Shown here in pieces: positions 19,300 through 28,746 of a stretch of DNA of 38,135 bases (positions are counted from its first letter, which is position 1; the number at the start of each line of letters is the position of its first letter). The stretch is taken from NCBI GenBank assembly GCA_965612865.1, contig CBFDTJ010000007.1, positions 1-38,135 on the forward strand. The letters run 5' to 3'. The position numbers were made by a program, and so were the translations under genes. The notes below the pieces were generated by a model. That model ran no database searches, was not told the DNA's origin, and worked only from the letters and a program-made list of their open reading frames with translations. Source of the stretch: an uncultured bacterium (GTDB taxonomy: Bacteria; Caldisericota; Caldisericia; B22-G15).

Positions 19300-20367
19300 T
19301 TACTGACCGAAGACTGTATCTACTACTATTTCTCCATTAACAATCTTTTCCTCAAGCTCCTTTATTTTCTTTCTGAACTCTTCTGGAACAAGTTTCTTAT
19401 AGTTCTCATTATCAGCAACACCTACACCGCCTTCTTTAATTCCAAGTGCCTCTGCCTTTCCATACTCAAGCTTTCCTTCCATATGAAGCTTTATTCCTCT
19501 GAAGAGTGAGTTATCTACATTCTTCATCATGGATGTTACAATGTGTGCTGCCTTCTCTGGATCGCTATCTTTAAACATAATATACTGATCCGAATCGACA
19601 CCTATTGCATATTTATTTCTCTCTTTCGCAGCATCAAGGAGTCCAAGTCCAGTTTCTCCTGCTACGTTGAAAGAAATATCTGCTCCCTGATCATACTGGG
19701 CAAGAACAAGCTCTTTACCCTTTGCAGGGTCACTGAAGGATCCTGCATAGGATACAAGGACCTTTATATCAGGATCAATGTAGTGTGCACCCTGAATATA
19801 ACCAACCTTAAAATCGTTAATAACAGGGATATCCATTCCACCAAGGAATCCAATAATCTTTTCAGGGTTTGCAAGAGGCATATCTGAAGTTGTTATCATT
19901 GCAGCAAGAGCACCTACGAGGAATGAACCCTCGTTCTGCTTGTAGAGAATTGAATATACATTGTCAAGATTTCCCTTTGAATAATCTACAGTTGTGTCAA
20001 ATATGAAGTACTTTTTGTCTGGATGCTTTGGAGCAATTTTTTCAAGATTCTCTGTCATCTGCCAGGTTCCTACAATTATAATATCCCAATCACCTTCAGA
20101 GAGTTGTTCAAGATCTGGTTCCCATCTTGCAGGGTCATATCCACCCTCAATAACCTTTCCTTCAATTCCCAATTCCTTTATTGCCCTCTCTACACCTCTG
20201 CTGGCAGAATCAAAGAATGACTTGTCTCCAAGAGTTCCATTAATGTAAAGGACCACTTTGAGTTTCTCTTCAGGTGGTTGCTCCTCTTCTTTCTTTCCAC
20301 AGGCAGTTAAAGAAACTAAACCTACTACCAACGCTAAAACAATCAAAAGTGATAAAATTTTTTTCAT
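19300..20367 (-). CDS. BMP family (PnrA/TmpC-like) nucleoside-binding lipoprotein
   Basis: Lipobox SLTAC; LGDKSFFDSA, EGSFLVGALAA, IGFLGG, AIGVDSDQ, TSMMKNVD. Confidence 0.92.
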   Translation of the reverse strand: MKKILSLLIVLALVVGLVSLTACGKKEEEQPPEEKLKVVLYINGTLGDKSFFDSASRGVERAIKELGIEGKVIEGGYDPARWEPDLEQLSEGDWDIIIVGTWQMTENLEKIAPKHPDKKYFIFDTTVDYSKGNLDNVYSILYKQNEGSFLVGALAAMITTSDMPLANPEKIIGFLGGMDIPVINDFKVGYIQGAHYIDPDIKVLVSYAGSFSDPAKGKELVLAQYDQGADISFNVAGETGLGLLDAAKERNKYAIGVDSDQYIMFKDSDPEKAAHIVTSMMKNVDNSLFRGIKLHMEGKLEYGKAEALGIKEGGVGVADNENYKKLVPEEFRKKIKELEEKIVNGEIVVDTVFGQ

Positions 20368-20406
20368 TTCTTCCTCCTTCTTATAAAAATTTTACTAAAA
20401 AGGCTT

Positions 20407-21333
20407 CTATCCTCTCTCACCTCCTTTCAAATTAAGGAGAGCTTTCTCTAACAATTCTCTAAAAACGGATTTTTCAATCTCTGTAACTATTTTCATTCTT
20501 TCTCCTTCTACAAGAATACTTGCACCTCTCAAAGTAGTGTAGTTCAATTCCATGCGAAGATCACCAAGAATCACGTTTTTACCAACCTTTTCATCCAGAA
20601 CATAAGCGACAGTCATTGGATCAGGGAAAACCACGCCTCTCACTCCATAAAACTTTTCGATAAAATTCATAGGTGTTTGAACTAAATCTAAAAGTAACTT
20701 CCCAGCACTTGAGCTTTCATCTACAAACTCCTTAAGTTCATTCTCCAGAAACATACTATTTGCAATAGGATCCCAGGGAACAACTGTCATTGGAATACCA
20801 GAGTTTATAACAAACTGAACAGCTTCAGGATCCTGATAAAAATTGAATTCTGCAAATCTTGTTACATTACCTCTTTCAAGAGCTCCGCCCATGGAAACTA
20901 CCTCTTTGATAAGATTCTTAAGTTCAGGATATAAATTGATAGCCATGGCAACGTTTGTAAGAGGACCAAGTGTAATAACGATCAGACCTTCATTTTCCTT
21001 GGCAAGTTTAAAAATTGCATCTGGTGCCTTTATGGTTTCCTCTTTTTTGTCTGTCTCTGGAAGCAGAACTCCCCCAAGACCATTTTCACCATGAATTTTT
21101 TCTCCCCGGGAAAGTTCCTGAATTAGAGGAACTGTAGCGCCTTTAAAAACCGGTATATCCTTTCTTCCAAAATATGAAAGTAATCTTAAAACATTGTCTG
21201 TAACCTGATCTACATAGGTATTACCGGAGACAGTGGTAATCCCCACCACATCCACATCCTCTCTTGAAATAGCCATCATAATAGCAATTGCATCGTCAAT
21301 ACCGCAATCCGTATCAATAATTAACTTTTTCAC
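20407..21333 (-). CDS. Second nucleoside hydrolase
   Basis: DTDCGIDD, GPLTNVA, AEFNFYQDPEA; FPDP in place of the HD motif. Confidence 0.9.
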   Translation of the reverse strand: MKKLIIDTDCGIDDAIAIMMAISREDVDVVGITTVSGNTYVDQVTDNVLRLLSYFGRKDIPVFKGATVPLIQELSRGEKIHGENGLGGVLLPETDKKEETIKAPDAIFKLAKENEGLIVITLGPLTNVAMAINLYPELKNLIKEVVSMGGALERGNVTRFAEFNFYQDPEAVQFVINSGIPMTVVPWDPIANSMFLENELKEFVDESSSAGKLLLDLVQTPMNFIEKFYGVRGVVFPDPMTVAYVLDEKVGKNVILGDLRMELNYTTLRGASILVEGERMKIVTEIEKSVFRELLEKALLNLKGGERG

Positions 21334-22225
21334 CCTTCTCCTCCAGAAAATTAATTATTTCTTCCTTTAGTGGAGATGATGTAGCTGCACCCTTTCTTGT
21401 AACAGAAATAGCAGAAGCAGCGGATGCATATTTTATAGCGTCTCTTATATTCATTCCCAGAAACAGAGCAGATGCTAGTGATCCGTTGAATGTATCACCT
21501 GCTCCTGTGGTATCAACTGGATTAACATTAAAGGAAGGGAAGAAAAACCTCTCCTCTCTATTTATATAGAATCCCCCTCTCTCACCCATCTTTACAATTA
21601 CACTCTCTGCACCATAATCTAAAAGTCTCTTCGCACCATCCACAACTTCATTGTTTCCTGTAAGTCTCCTAACCTCCACCTCATTGGGTGTAACTATTGT
21701 ACAGTAAGGAATTACCCTTAACAAACTTTCATCAACAGGAGTAGGATCGAATATAACAACTCCCCCTTTTTCATGTGCTATCTGTGATAACTTAACATTT
21801 GCTTCAATAGGTATCTCTCCCTGTAAAAGAAGAAAATCACCTTTTTTAAACTCTCTCTTTAAAATCTCTACCTCTCTATCTCCCACCAGTGCATTTGCGC
21901 CGGGTATTATAACAATCTTATTTTTTCCCTCCCTATCCACATTTATAAGAGCAATACCTGTGGAAACATCTTTCACCTTCTTAAGGTTAGATTCCACAGA
22001 AAACTTCTTAATCTCTCCTTCAACAAATTCACCAAAGTAATCATCTCCTACTTTTCCTAAAAATAGAACATCACCACCTGCTTTTTTAGAGGAAACTGCC
22101 TGATTGGCTCCCTTGCCTCCCTGATTCATAAAGAAGTTTTTTCCCACAAGGGTTTCTCCCTCCTCCGGGAATCTCTCAGAGTATACAACTAAATCTACAT
22201 TGATGCTTCCCACAACAAAAATCAT
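21314..22225 (-). CDS. rbsK: Ribokinase
   Basis: GSINVD, GGKGANQA, TPNEVE, VDTTGAGDTF. Confidence 0.9.
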   Translation of the reverse strand: MIFVVGSINVDLVVYSERFPEEGETLVGKNFFMNQGGKGANQAVSSKKAGGDVLFLGKVGDDYFGEFVEGEIKKFSVESNLKKVKDVSTGIALINVDREGKNKIVIIPGANALVGDREVEILKREFKKGDFLLLQGEIPIEANVKLSQIAHEKGGVVIFDPTPVDESLLRVIPYCTIVTPNEVEVRRLTGNNEVVDGAKRLLDYGAESVIVKMGERGGFYINREERFFFPSFNVNPVDTTGAGDTFNGSLASALFLGMNIRDAIKYASAASAISVTRKGAATSSPLKEEIINFLEEKGEKVNY

Positions 22226-23592
22226 AAATCTGCCCCTTTCCTGACCATATTGACTATCTCTCCTATTTTAAACTGACTTCTTCCTCTCATATATGTATTT
22301 ATAACATCTTTTAACGCTTCTTTCCACTTCAAAGGGATAGATTCAGGGTCTAAAACACCAAGAATTCCTAATGCTTCACCGAGATTACAATCAACATCAA
22401 AACCACTCCTTGAAATTATCTCCACTGTATTTAAAAAATCACCTTTCCCAAACATAAGTCCCATGAGTACAATGGCAATGTTAGGATAGAGATGGACCCA
22501 ATTATATCTTTCAAACCTTTTATATATCCACTCCCTTACCTCCTTCCAGTCGTCTTTTTCCTTACAGGTCTCATATGTAGTTTCAAGAACATTCCTTAAT
22601 TCACTTCTTTCTGGTATAAATTCAATAGAATTTTCTATTAATTTTTCTATATTATCATTAGCAAAGGCAAGAGATGTGAGAATGGCTACAAACATCTCTC
22701 CATAAACTCCATTTTTATCATGGGAAACTACACCGTCCATATACGAAAGCCAGGAAGCCTTGTAAGGGTTTCCTGGAGATAAAAGTCCAGGCATATTTCC
22801 CCTCATTGCTCCACCTATCCACTCATTGTAGGGATTACTAAATTGACCCGAAAGGGGAGGCATTATGCCTCTTTTTATATTCATAAGGGCAATAAGTTCT
22901 GCACTCCAGCCAAAAGGTATTCTTTTCACCCAGCCCAACGCTATGTCTTCACTTGTAATCTTTCTTCCTTTTTCTAAAAATTCAATGAGTAAATTTAACT
23001 CATAGGTAATATCATCGTTGGTTGTATCTACCTCATTATCAAGATAAAAGGAGAAATCTTTGTATGTACTCTCTATCTCCCAATAAGGATATCCCTCAAT
23101 CTTTGTTCCGAAACTTCCACCAGAGATCAATCCATAGATTCCGCCTTCTATCTTCTCTTTTAAAGAGAGGGGAGATTTTACATTAATCTTTGGAAAAGAC
23201 TCCTCAATTTCCCTCCAGTTCATCGGGTGAATAAAACTATTGTAGGGATGATCCTTATTCTTTTTTAAATTGGGGATTAAGCTGAATATTTTTGATGTAA
23301 CAGAGATCAATTCACCTATGTCATTCTCTTCAAGAAACTTCAATCCATCTGGAAGGAGTTCCTCTATTTCTGAAACATCAAACCCTCTATTTTCTAAAGC
23401 CTGGGCACCGGCAATTATGAGAGATTCTCTTGCGTTTGATCCTGGAACATAACTTTCCCACAGAAGTTTTGTAAGGAGTTCTTCACCTTCAATAAGCGGT
23501 CCTATCTCTCCCCAGTGAGATGGTTTCTTAACAAGCCTATCATTGTAGAATAGATTTTTAATATAGACCCACGCTTTAAATTTCGAACTCAT
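22222..23592 (-). CDS. ADP-ribosylglycohydrolase family protein with N-terminal extension
   Basis: [34 protein letters not shown] metal-binding motifs; 4-nt overlap with the toxin stop. Confidence 0.82.
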   Translation of the reverse strand: MSSKFKAWVYIKNLFYNDRLVKKPSHWGEIGPLIEGEELLTKLLWESYVPGSNARESLIIAGAQALENRGFDVSEIEELLPDGLKFLEENDIGELISVTSKIFSLIPNLKKNKDHPYNSFIHPMNWREIEESFPKINVKSPLSLKEKIEGGIYGLISGGSFGTKIEGYPYWEIESTYKDFSFYLDNEVDTTNDDITYELNLLIEFLEKGRKITSEDIALGWVKRIPFGWSAELIALMNIKRGIMPPLSGQFSNPYNEWIGGAMRGNMPGLLSPGNPYKASWLSYMDGVVSHDKNGVYGEMFVAILTSLAFANDNIEKLIENSIEFIPERSELRNVLETTYETCKEKDDWKEVREWIYKRFERYNWVHLYPNIAIVLMGLMFGKGDFLNTVEIISRSGFDVDCNLGEALGILGVLDPESIPLKWKEALKDVINTYMRGRSQFKIGEIVNMVRKGADL

Positions 23593-23953
23593 ATCTTAAT
23601 AAGCCCCAGGGAGAATTTAAGAGCTATGTCTACCTTCACCATGGTTGATTTCTTGAGTTTTCCTATTTTCTTTAAGAGCCTCTTCTTATCAATGGTTCTA
23701 ATCTGATTGAGAAGTATGAAACTATCTTTATCCAATCCTCCCTCGTTTTTTTCTACCTTTATAACAATGGGGTACAGCTCTTTGACTTCCTTTGATGTTA
23801 TGGCTGCAACTATCACTGTTGGTGAATATTTATTTCCTATATCATTCTGTATTACAAGAACAGGTCTTATACCACTCTGCTCAGAACCTTTTGAAGGAGA
23901 AAGATCCACTAAATAAACGTCCCCTCTCTTGATTTGACTTTTTTTTTACTCAT
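23589..23953 (-). CDS. mazF: MazF/PemK (NdoA-like) endoribonuclease toxin; N-terminus interrupted by a frameshift in an A9 run
   Basis: [57 protein letters not shown]. The coupled ATG at 23953 lies 44 nt upstream of the in-frame GTG 23909, so it is out of frame by 1 nt. Confidence 0.85.
23939..23947 (-). repeat. A9 homopolymer at codons 3-5 of mazF
   Basis: Nine consecutive T on the plus strand at 23939-23947. Confidence 0.9.
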
Positions 23954-24216
23954 TTGAGATACTTGAATATGTCCTTAAAGATTTCCTGTTCAATTTCAAA
24001 AAATTCTCTGGATAAGAGCATACTGGCCTCTGATGATTCCTTATATCCCTTTATGAGTTCTTTTTTGATGCGTGTCTTCCTGTCCTCCAGGGCAATATAG
24101 AAGGCAATGACTTCTTTTAGAAACTCATCTCTTTTCTTTCTCTTTCTCTTTGCTTTTTTTTCTACTGCCTCAAGGAGTTCACTGGGCAGTGTAAGAGTAA
24201 TCTTTTCTTCTCTCAT
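23950..24216 (-). CDS. RHH antitoxin (NdoAI/MazE-like)
   Basis: ITLTLPSELL..RDEFLKEVIAFYI..ELIKGYKE pattern; directly upstream of mazF with an ATGA overlap. Confidence 0.8.
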   Translation of the reverse strand: MREEKITLTLPSELLEAVEKKAKRKRKKRDEFLKEVIAFYIALEDRKTRIKKELIKGYKESSEASMLLSREFFEIEQEIFKDIFKYLK

Positions 24217-24854
24217 TTTATTTTCCTCAACTCTTCTAATGCCTTTTCTATATCTTTAAAGATAAAACTTCCAAACACAAGAATATCAATTCCCATTTCT
24301 TTAAGAACCTTTGCTATTTCAAAATTTAATCCGCCATCCACCTCTATCTCGAAACTAAAATTTTCCTTTTTTCTAATTTTACATAACTTTCTGATTTTTT
24401 CAATAGATGAGTCTATAAATTTCTGTCCCGAAAAGCCGGGATTTACGCTCATAACAAGAACAAAATCCACAATACTAAGAACCTCTTCAAGGAAACTAAG
24501 GGGAGTCCCGGGATTTATAGCAATTCCTGCTTTCACTCCATTTTTCTTTATAGTATTTAAAATCTTGTTTATGTGATAATTTCCCTCTATATGAACAGAT
24601 ATCATATCAACTCCTGAGTCAATAAATCTATCTATAAATTTTTCTGGATTCTCAATCATAAGATGGGCATCAAGAGGCAAAGAGGTTAAATCTCTTACAG
24701 CCTTTACTATGGGAAATCCAAAGGAGATGTTTGGCACAAAATGACCGTCCATTATATCAAGATGTACAATGTCAGCTCCAGATCTCTCCAGAAGTTCAAT
24801 GTCTTTCTTTAAATTAACGAAACTGGATGCAAGTATTGAAGGTGCTATCTTCAT
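24213..24854 (-). CDS. rpe: Ribulose-phosphate 3-epimerase
   Basis: IAPSIL, HLDIMDGHFVPNISFG, DAHLMI, MSVNPGF, EVDGG. Confidence 0.95.
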   Translation of the reverse strand: MKIAPSILASSFVNLKKDIELLERSGADIVHLDIMDGHFVPNISFGFPIVKAVRDLTSLPLDAHLMIENPEKFIDRFIDSGVDMISVHIEGNYHINKILNTIKKNGVKAGIAINPGTPLSFLEEVLSIVDFVLVMSVNPGFSGQKFIDSSIEKIRKLCKIRKKENFSFEIEVDGGLNFEIAKVLKEMGIDILVFGSFIFKDIEKALEELRKIK

Positions 24855-25534
24855 GGATTCACCACTAAATCAACGGACGAACCAGAAGATGCATAGGTAA
24901 GAGGTGCAGGATCCTGATTCCACACAATTCCTGACGGATAGGCAGGGTTTCTTTTCTCCACAACCTTTCCTATGGTGTATCCACTTGTTATAACCTGGCT
25001 TTTTGCCTCTTCAAGGGAGAGACCTATAACTGATGGCACCTGACCAAGAACACCTTTTGAAATTTTAAGGTTGATGGGAGTTCCCTCCTCAACAAGTGTC
25101 TTTGGGGATGGTTCCTGCTCAAGGATTATTCCGACTTTCACATTGGGATCAGAAACTTCTTCAATTTTTCCAATTACAAGCCTCTTTTCATAGATTAATT
25201 CCTGTGCATCCCCAAAATCCATCCCTATAAAATCTGGAACTTCAACCTTTGGGGGTCCATTACTTATAGTAACATTTATAATCCTACCCTCTTTTACAAG
25301 AACATGAGGGTTTGGTTCCTGTGTAACTATGTAATCTATTGGAAATTCTTTGGAGAATTCTGTACCAACGACTTTTATAAGTAAACCTTTCTCCTCAGCA
25401 AGTTTCTCAGCATCCCTTATCTTCATACCAACAAAGGATGGTACAGAAACCAATTTACCTTTTCCCCCAGCACACGAATAGAGAGGGATCATAAGTATCA
25501 TTATCAGCATCAGAGCTAAAATTTTACTCTTCAT
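24851..25534 (-). CDS. Lipoprotein with three PASTA domains (no kinase domain)
   Basis: Lipobox-like PLYSC; three repeats VPSFVGM..QEPNP, VPDFIGM..QEPSP, VPSVIGL..QDPAP. Confidence 0.88.
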   Translation of the reverse strand: MKSKILALMLIMILMIPLYSCAGGKGKLVSVPSFVGMKIRDAEKLAEEKGLLIKVVGTEFSKEFPIDYIVTQEPNPHVLVKEGRIINVTISNGPPKVEVPDFIGMDFGDAQELIYEKRLVIGKIEEVSDPNVKVGIILEQEPSPKTLVEEGTPINLKISKGVLGQVPSVIGLSLEEAKSQVITSGYTIGKVVEKRNPAYPSGIVWNQDPAPLTYASSGSSVDLVVNP

Positions 25535-25540
25535 GCTTTT

Positions 25541-25572
25541 ATTATATCAAAAGAGAATCTTTATGATAAAAT
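25541..25572. promoter_or_regulatory. Back-to-back extended -10 promoters for the PASTA operon (minus) and the coaX operon (plus)
   Basis: Minus: TGATATAAT at 25549-25541, 6 nt before the ATG. Plus: TGATAAAAT at 25564-25572, then AGGAGG RBS. Confidence 0.6.
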
Positions 25573-25601
25573 TCCATTGAATAAAAGAAAAGGAGGATCA
25601 A

Positions 25602-26363
25602 ATGGTACTTACAATTGATATAGGAAACACAAACATTTTACTTGGTGTCTTTAAAGGTAAAGAACTTTTAAAGAACTGGCGTCTTGCATCAAGAACAGCA
25701 AGAACATCTGATGAGTATGCCCTCGATATTCTAAGCCTTTTATTTTTTGAGAAATTAAAGCCAGAAGATATAAAGGGTGTAATAATATCCTCTGTTGTGC
25801 CACCTCTGGATCCTATATTTGAAAGATGTATTGAAAAGACTTTCCATATAAAACCCATCTTTGTAAATCTTGACCTTGACTTAGGAATAAAGATTGACAT
25901 AGAGAATCCAAAAGAAATTGGAATGGATAGAGTCGTGGGAAGTGTAGCTGCCTTTAATAAAACAAAAACATCGACAATTGTAGTTGATTTTGGTACTGCC
26001 ACCACATTTGATGTGATAAATAAAGACGGTGTCTTCATCGGTGGGGCAATTGCACCTGGTGTTCTCACATCCCTTGAAGGACTCTTTCTAAGAACTGCAA
26101 AACTACCGAAAGTTGAACTTTCAATCCCACCATCAGTTATTGGAAGAGACACAGTTAATGCTATAAGATCAGGAATTCTTTATGGGTGGGGAGGTATGGT
26201 GGAAAGAATTGCTGAGGAGATAGAAAAGAAACTTGGAAAAATAAAGATTGTGGTAACCGGTGGTGTGGCACACCTTGTAACACCTCTTATAAGAAGAGAG
26301 TTTTTATACGATAGATTCTTAACCCTTGAGGGTTTAAAGATTGTTTATGACAGAAATAGATGA
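25602..26363 (+). CDS. coaX: Type III pantothenate kinase
   Basis: IDIGNTN, ISSVVP, IGMDR, VDFGTATT, GGAIAPG, VTGG. Confidence 0.94.
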   Translation: MVLTIDIGNTNILLGVFKGKELLKNWRLASRTARTSDEYALDILSLLFFEKLKPEDIKGVIISSVVPPLDPIFERCIEKTFHIKPIFVNLDLDLGIKIDIENPKEIGMDRVVGSVAAFNKTKTSTIVVDFGTATTFDVINKDGVFIGGAIAPGVLTSLEGLFLRTAKLPKVELSIPPSVIGRDTVNAIRSGILYGWGGMVERIAEEIEKKLGKIKIVVTGGVAHLVTPLIRREFLYDRFLTLEGLKIVYDRNR

Positions 26364-27307
26364 AGATAGGAAACTTAACAACCAAATCTAACATATTCTT
26401 AGCACCCCTTCATCGTTTCAATGACCCGGCCTTTCTAAACCTGTGCAGTAAGATGGGTGCAGGAATAGTTTTTACAGGGATGGTATCCTCCTATAAGATA
26501 GTAAGCAAAAGAATAGATTTTAAAATCATTAGAGATACAAAGCCAATTGCCATTCAGATATTTGGAAGTGATGAGGAAATAATGGGAAAGGCAGCAAAGA
26601 TATCCTCTGATTTCTTTGACTTAATAGATATAAATCTTGGATGCCCATCAAGAAAGGTTTTTGAAAGTGGTAGCGGAAGTGCCCTTTTATCCGATTTAAA
26701 GAAGCTAAGAAGAATTATAAGAATTGTCATAAAAAATGCTTCAGTGCCTGTAAGTGCCAAAATAAGGTCAGGTGTTAATAAAAGAAATAAAAATTTTATT
26801 GAGGTAGGAAAACTTCTCGAAGAGGAAGGAGTAAGCATGATAACTCTTCACCCGAGAACAGTAGACATGGGGTTTTCAGGTAGAGCAGAGTGGGAAGAAA
26901 TAAGACTTTTAAAGGAAAGCGTGAAAATTCCTGTAATTGGAAGCGGAGACATCAAAAATTACCTTGATGCAGAAAGAATGATTAAAGAAACTGGATGTGA
27001 TGGAGTTATGGTTGGAAGAGCAGCAATTGGAAACCCATGGATATTCAGAGAAATTACTTATTATCTATACAATCATAAAATACCAGAAAAGATATCCCTC
27101 GGTGAGAAAATAGAAATGATTAAGTTACACGCAGGTCTCCTTTTAGAGAATTTTGATGAGAATTATGCACTGATCCAGATGAAACTGCATGTTCCAAAAT
27201 ATTTAAAGGGATATTCAGGTATAAACAGGTTGAATAAAATCTTAAATGGAGTAAAATCTATAAAAGAACTCATCTCCCTTGTGGAGAAATTCAAAATATG
27301 GATATAA
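26360..27307 (+). CDS. dusB: tRNA-dihydrouridine synthase (DusB-like)
   Basis: QIFGS, DINLGCP, LHPRT, IPVIGSGDI, DGVMVGRAAIGNPWIF. Confidence 0.9.
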   Translation: MKIGNLTTKSNIFLAPLHRFNDPAFLNLCSKMGAGIVFTGMVSSYKIVSKRIDFKIIRDTKPIAIQIFGSDEEIMGKAAKISSDFFDLIDINLGCPSRKVFESGSGSALLSDLKKLRRIIRIVIKNASVPVSAKIRSGVNKRNKNFIEVGKLLEEEGVSMITLHPRTVDMGFSGRAEWEEIRLLKESVKIPVIGSGDIKNYLDAERMIKETGCDGVMVGRAAIGNPWIFREITYYLYNHKIPEKISLGEKIEMIKLHAGLLLENFDENYALIQMKLHVPKYLKGYSGINRLNKILNGVKSIKELISLVEKFKIWI

Positions 27308-27317
27308 GAGGTGAAGG

Positions 27318-28214
27318 ATGAAGAGGGTGGTAAGCATAAGTCTTGGTTCTTCAAAAAGAGATAAAAAGGTTGAGGTTGAAATACTTGGTGAAAAATTTAG
27401 CATTGAGAGAATTGGAACTGACGGAGATATTGAAAAATTTGTAAGTCTTTTTAAAGAGCTTGACGGAAAGGTGGATGCCCTTGGGCTTGGTGGGGCAGAT
27501 TTATACATAAGTGTGGGCAAAAAAAGGACAACCCTTAAAAGTGTTGAGAATATGATAAAAGATGTTAAAAAAACTCCTATATGTGATGGACAATGGCTTA
27601 AGGATACATTAGAAAAAAAGGCAGTTTTTTACATAAAAGAGAAGGGACTTATTAAAGAGGGAACAAAAGTGCTGGTTGCTTCAGGAGTAAGTAGATATGG
27701 AATGGCTGAGGGTTTTTTAGAGGCAGGGTGTAAAGTTTTATTTGGTGACCTGATGTTTTCCTTAGGAATTCCTGTTCCAATTTACACACACTCCTCCTTT
27801 CTCCTTCTTGCATCTATAATAGTGCCCATAGCAAGAAGGCTCCCTTACAAATGGCTTTATCCAACAGGAGAATCTCAGGAAAAGGTAGAACCAAAATATG
27901 AAAAATACTACAAATGGGCAGATGTAATTGCAGGGGATTTCTTGTACATAAAGAAGCATATGCCTGAAGATCTAACAGGGAAAATTGTGTTTACAAATAC
28001 TACTACCCTTGAGGATAGAGAGTTTCTTAGAAAGAGGGGAGTAAAACTTCTTGTAACCACTACACCTGAGTTTGACGGAAGAACCTTTGGCACCAATGTT
28101 ATGGAAGCAGTTATATGCGCATATACAGGTAAGAAACCTGAAGAGTTGACTGAGAAGGATTACTATGATTTAATAGATAAACTGAACATAAAACCCAATA
28201 TAATAGAACTTTAA
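27318..28214 (+). CDS. Conserved protein of unknown function (family often auto-annotated 'quinate 5-dehydrogenase')
   Basis: 298-aa ORF with RBS; I recall the family pattern VVSISLGSSKRD..ERIGTDGD..DGKVDALGLGG..GRTFGTNVMEA. Confidence 0.65.
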   Translation: MKRVVSISLGSSKRDKKVEVEILGEKFSIERIGTDGDIEKFVSLFKELDGKVDALGLGGADLYISVGKKRTTLKSVENMIKDVKKTPICDGQWLKDTLEKKAVFYIKEKGLIKEGTKVLVASGVSRYGMAEGFLEAGCKVLFGDLMFSLGIPVPIYTHSSFLLLASIIVPIARRLPYKWLYPTGESQEKVEPKYEKYYKWADVIAGDFLYIKKHMPEDLTGKIVFTNTTTLEDREFLRKRGVKLLVTTTPEFDGRTFGTNVMEAVICAYTGKKPEELTEKDYYDLIDKLNIKPNIIEL

Positions 28215-28223
28215 GGAGGAAGA

Positions 28224-28745
28224 ATGGAAACAAAAAAGGATAAGGTAATAACACCTAAAAGAGATAAAGTTTATGTAACAAAGGAAGGATTAAAGAGACT
28301 TGAGGAAGAGCTGGAATTTCTAAGAAATGTGAAGAGGCCTCAGGTGAGTGAAAGACTGAGTGCAGCAGTTCAATCCTTTGGAGAGCTTGCGGAAAATCCT
28401 GAATACGAAGAGGCAAAGAGGGAGCAGGCTTTTGTAGAGGGGAGAATACTTGAGCTGGAAGATCTTTTGTCCAAAGCAGTCGTAATTGACACAGAGAACC
28501 TTTCAAGATTACAGGTTGGAATGGGAAGCAAAGTGAGAGTTGAGATAAAGGATTTGAAGAGAAAAACACGTGAGATAAAGGACATTATGATTGTAAGTAG
28601 TGTAGAAGCAGATCCTGAAAAAGGAATGGTCTCCAATAAGTCCCCAATAGGAGAGGCATTACTTGGAAAGAAGCCGGGAAATGTGGTTAAAGTGAAGATT
28701 CCCAGAGGAGAAATTCTTATAAGAATTCTTGCAATAGAGAAGTAA
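28224..28745 (+). CDS. greA: Transcription elongation factor GreA
   Basis: TKEGLKRLEEEL, ENPEYEEAKREQAFVEGRI, EADP..VSNKSPIGEALLGKK; upstream of lysS. Confidence 0.9.
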   Translation: METKKDKVITPKRDKVYVTKEGLKRLEEELEFLRNVKRPQVSERLSAAVQSFGELAENPEYEEAKREQAFVEGRILELEDLLSKAVVIDTENLSRLQVGMGSKVRVEIKDLKRKTREIKDIMIVSSVEADPEKGMVSNKSPIGEALLGKKPGNVVKVKIPRGEILIRILAIEK

Positions 28746-28746
28746 A

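Noticed and set aside
15716..21333. Identical 20-nt overlaps at the starts of both nucleoside hydrolases
   Set aside because: The conserved (L/I)-D codons (..T GAT) create the TGA used by the upstream gene, so no special mechanism is needed.
25598..26152. 184-aa antisense ORF and the many other short opposite-strand ORFs
   Set aside because: They shadow well-supported genes and show no motifs, as expected from codon bias.
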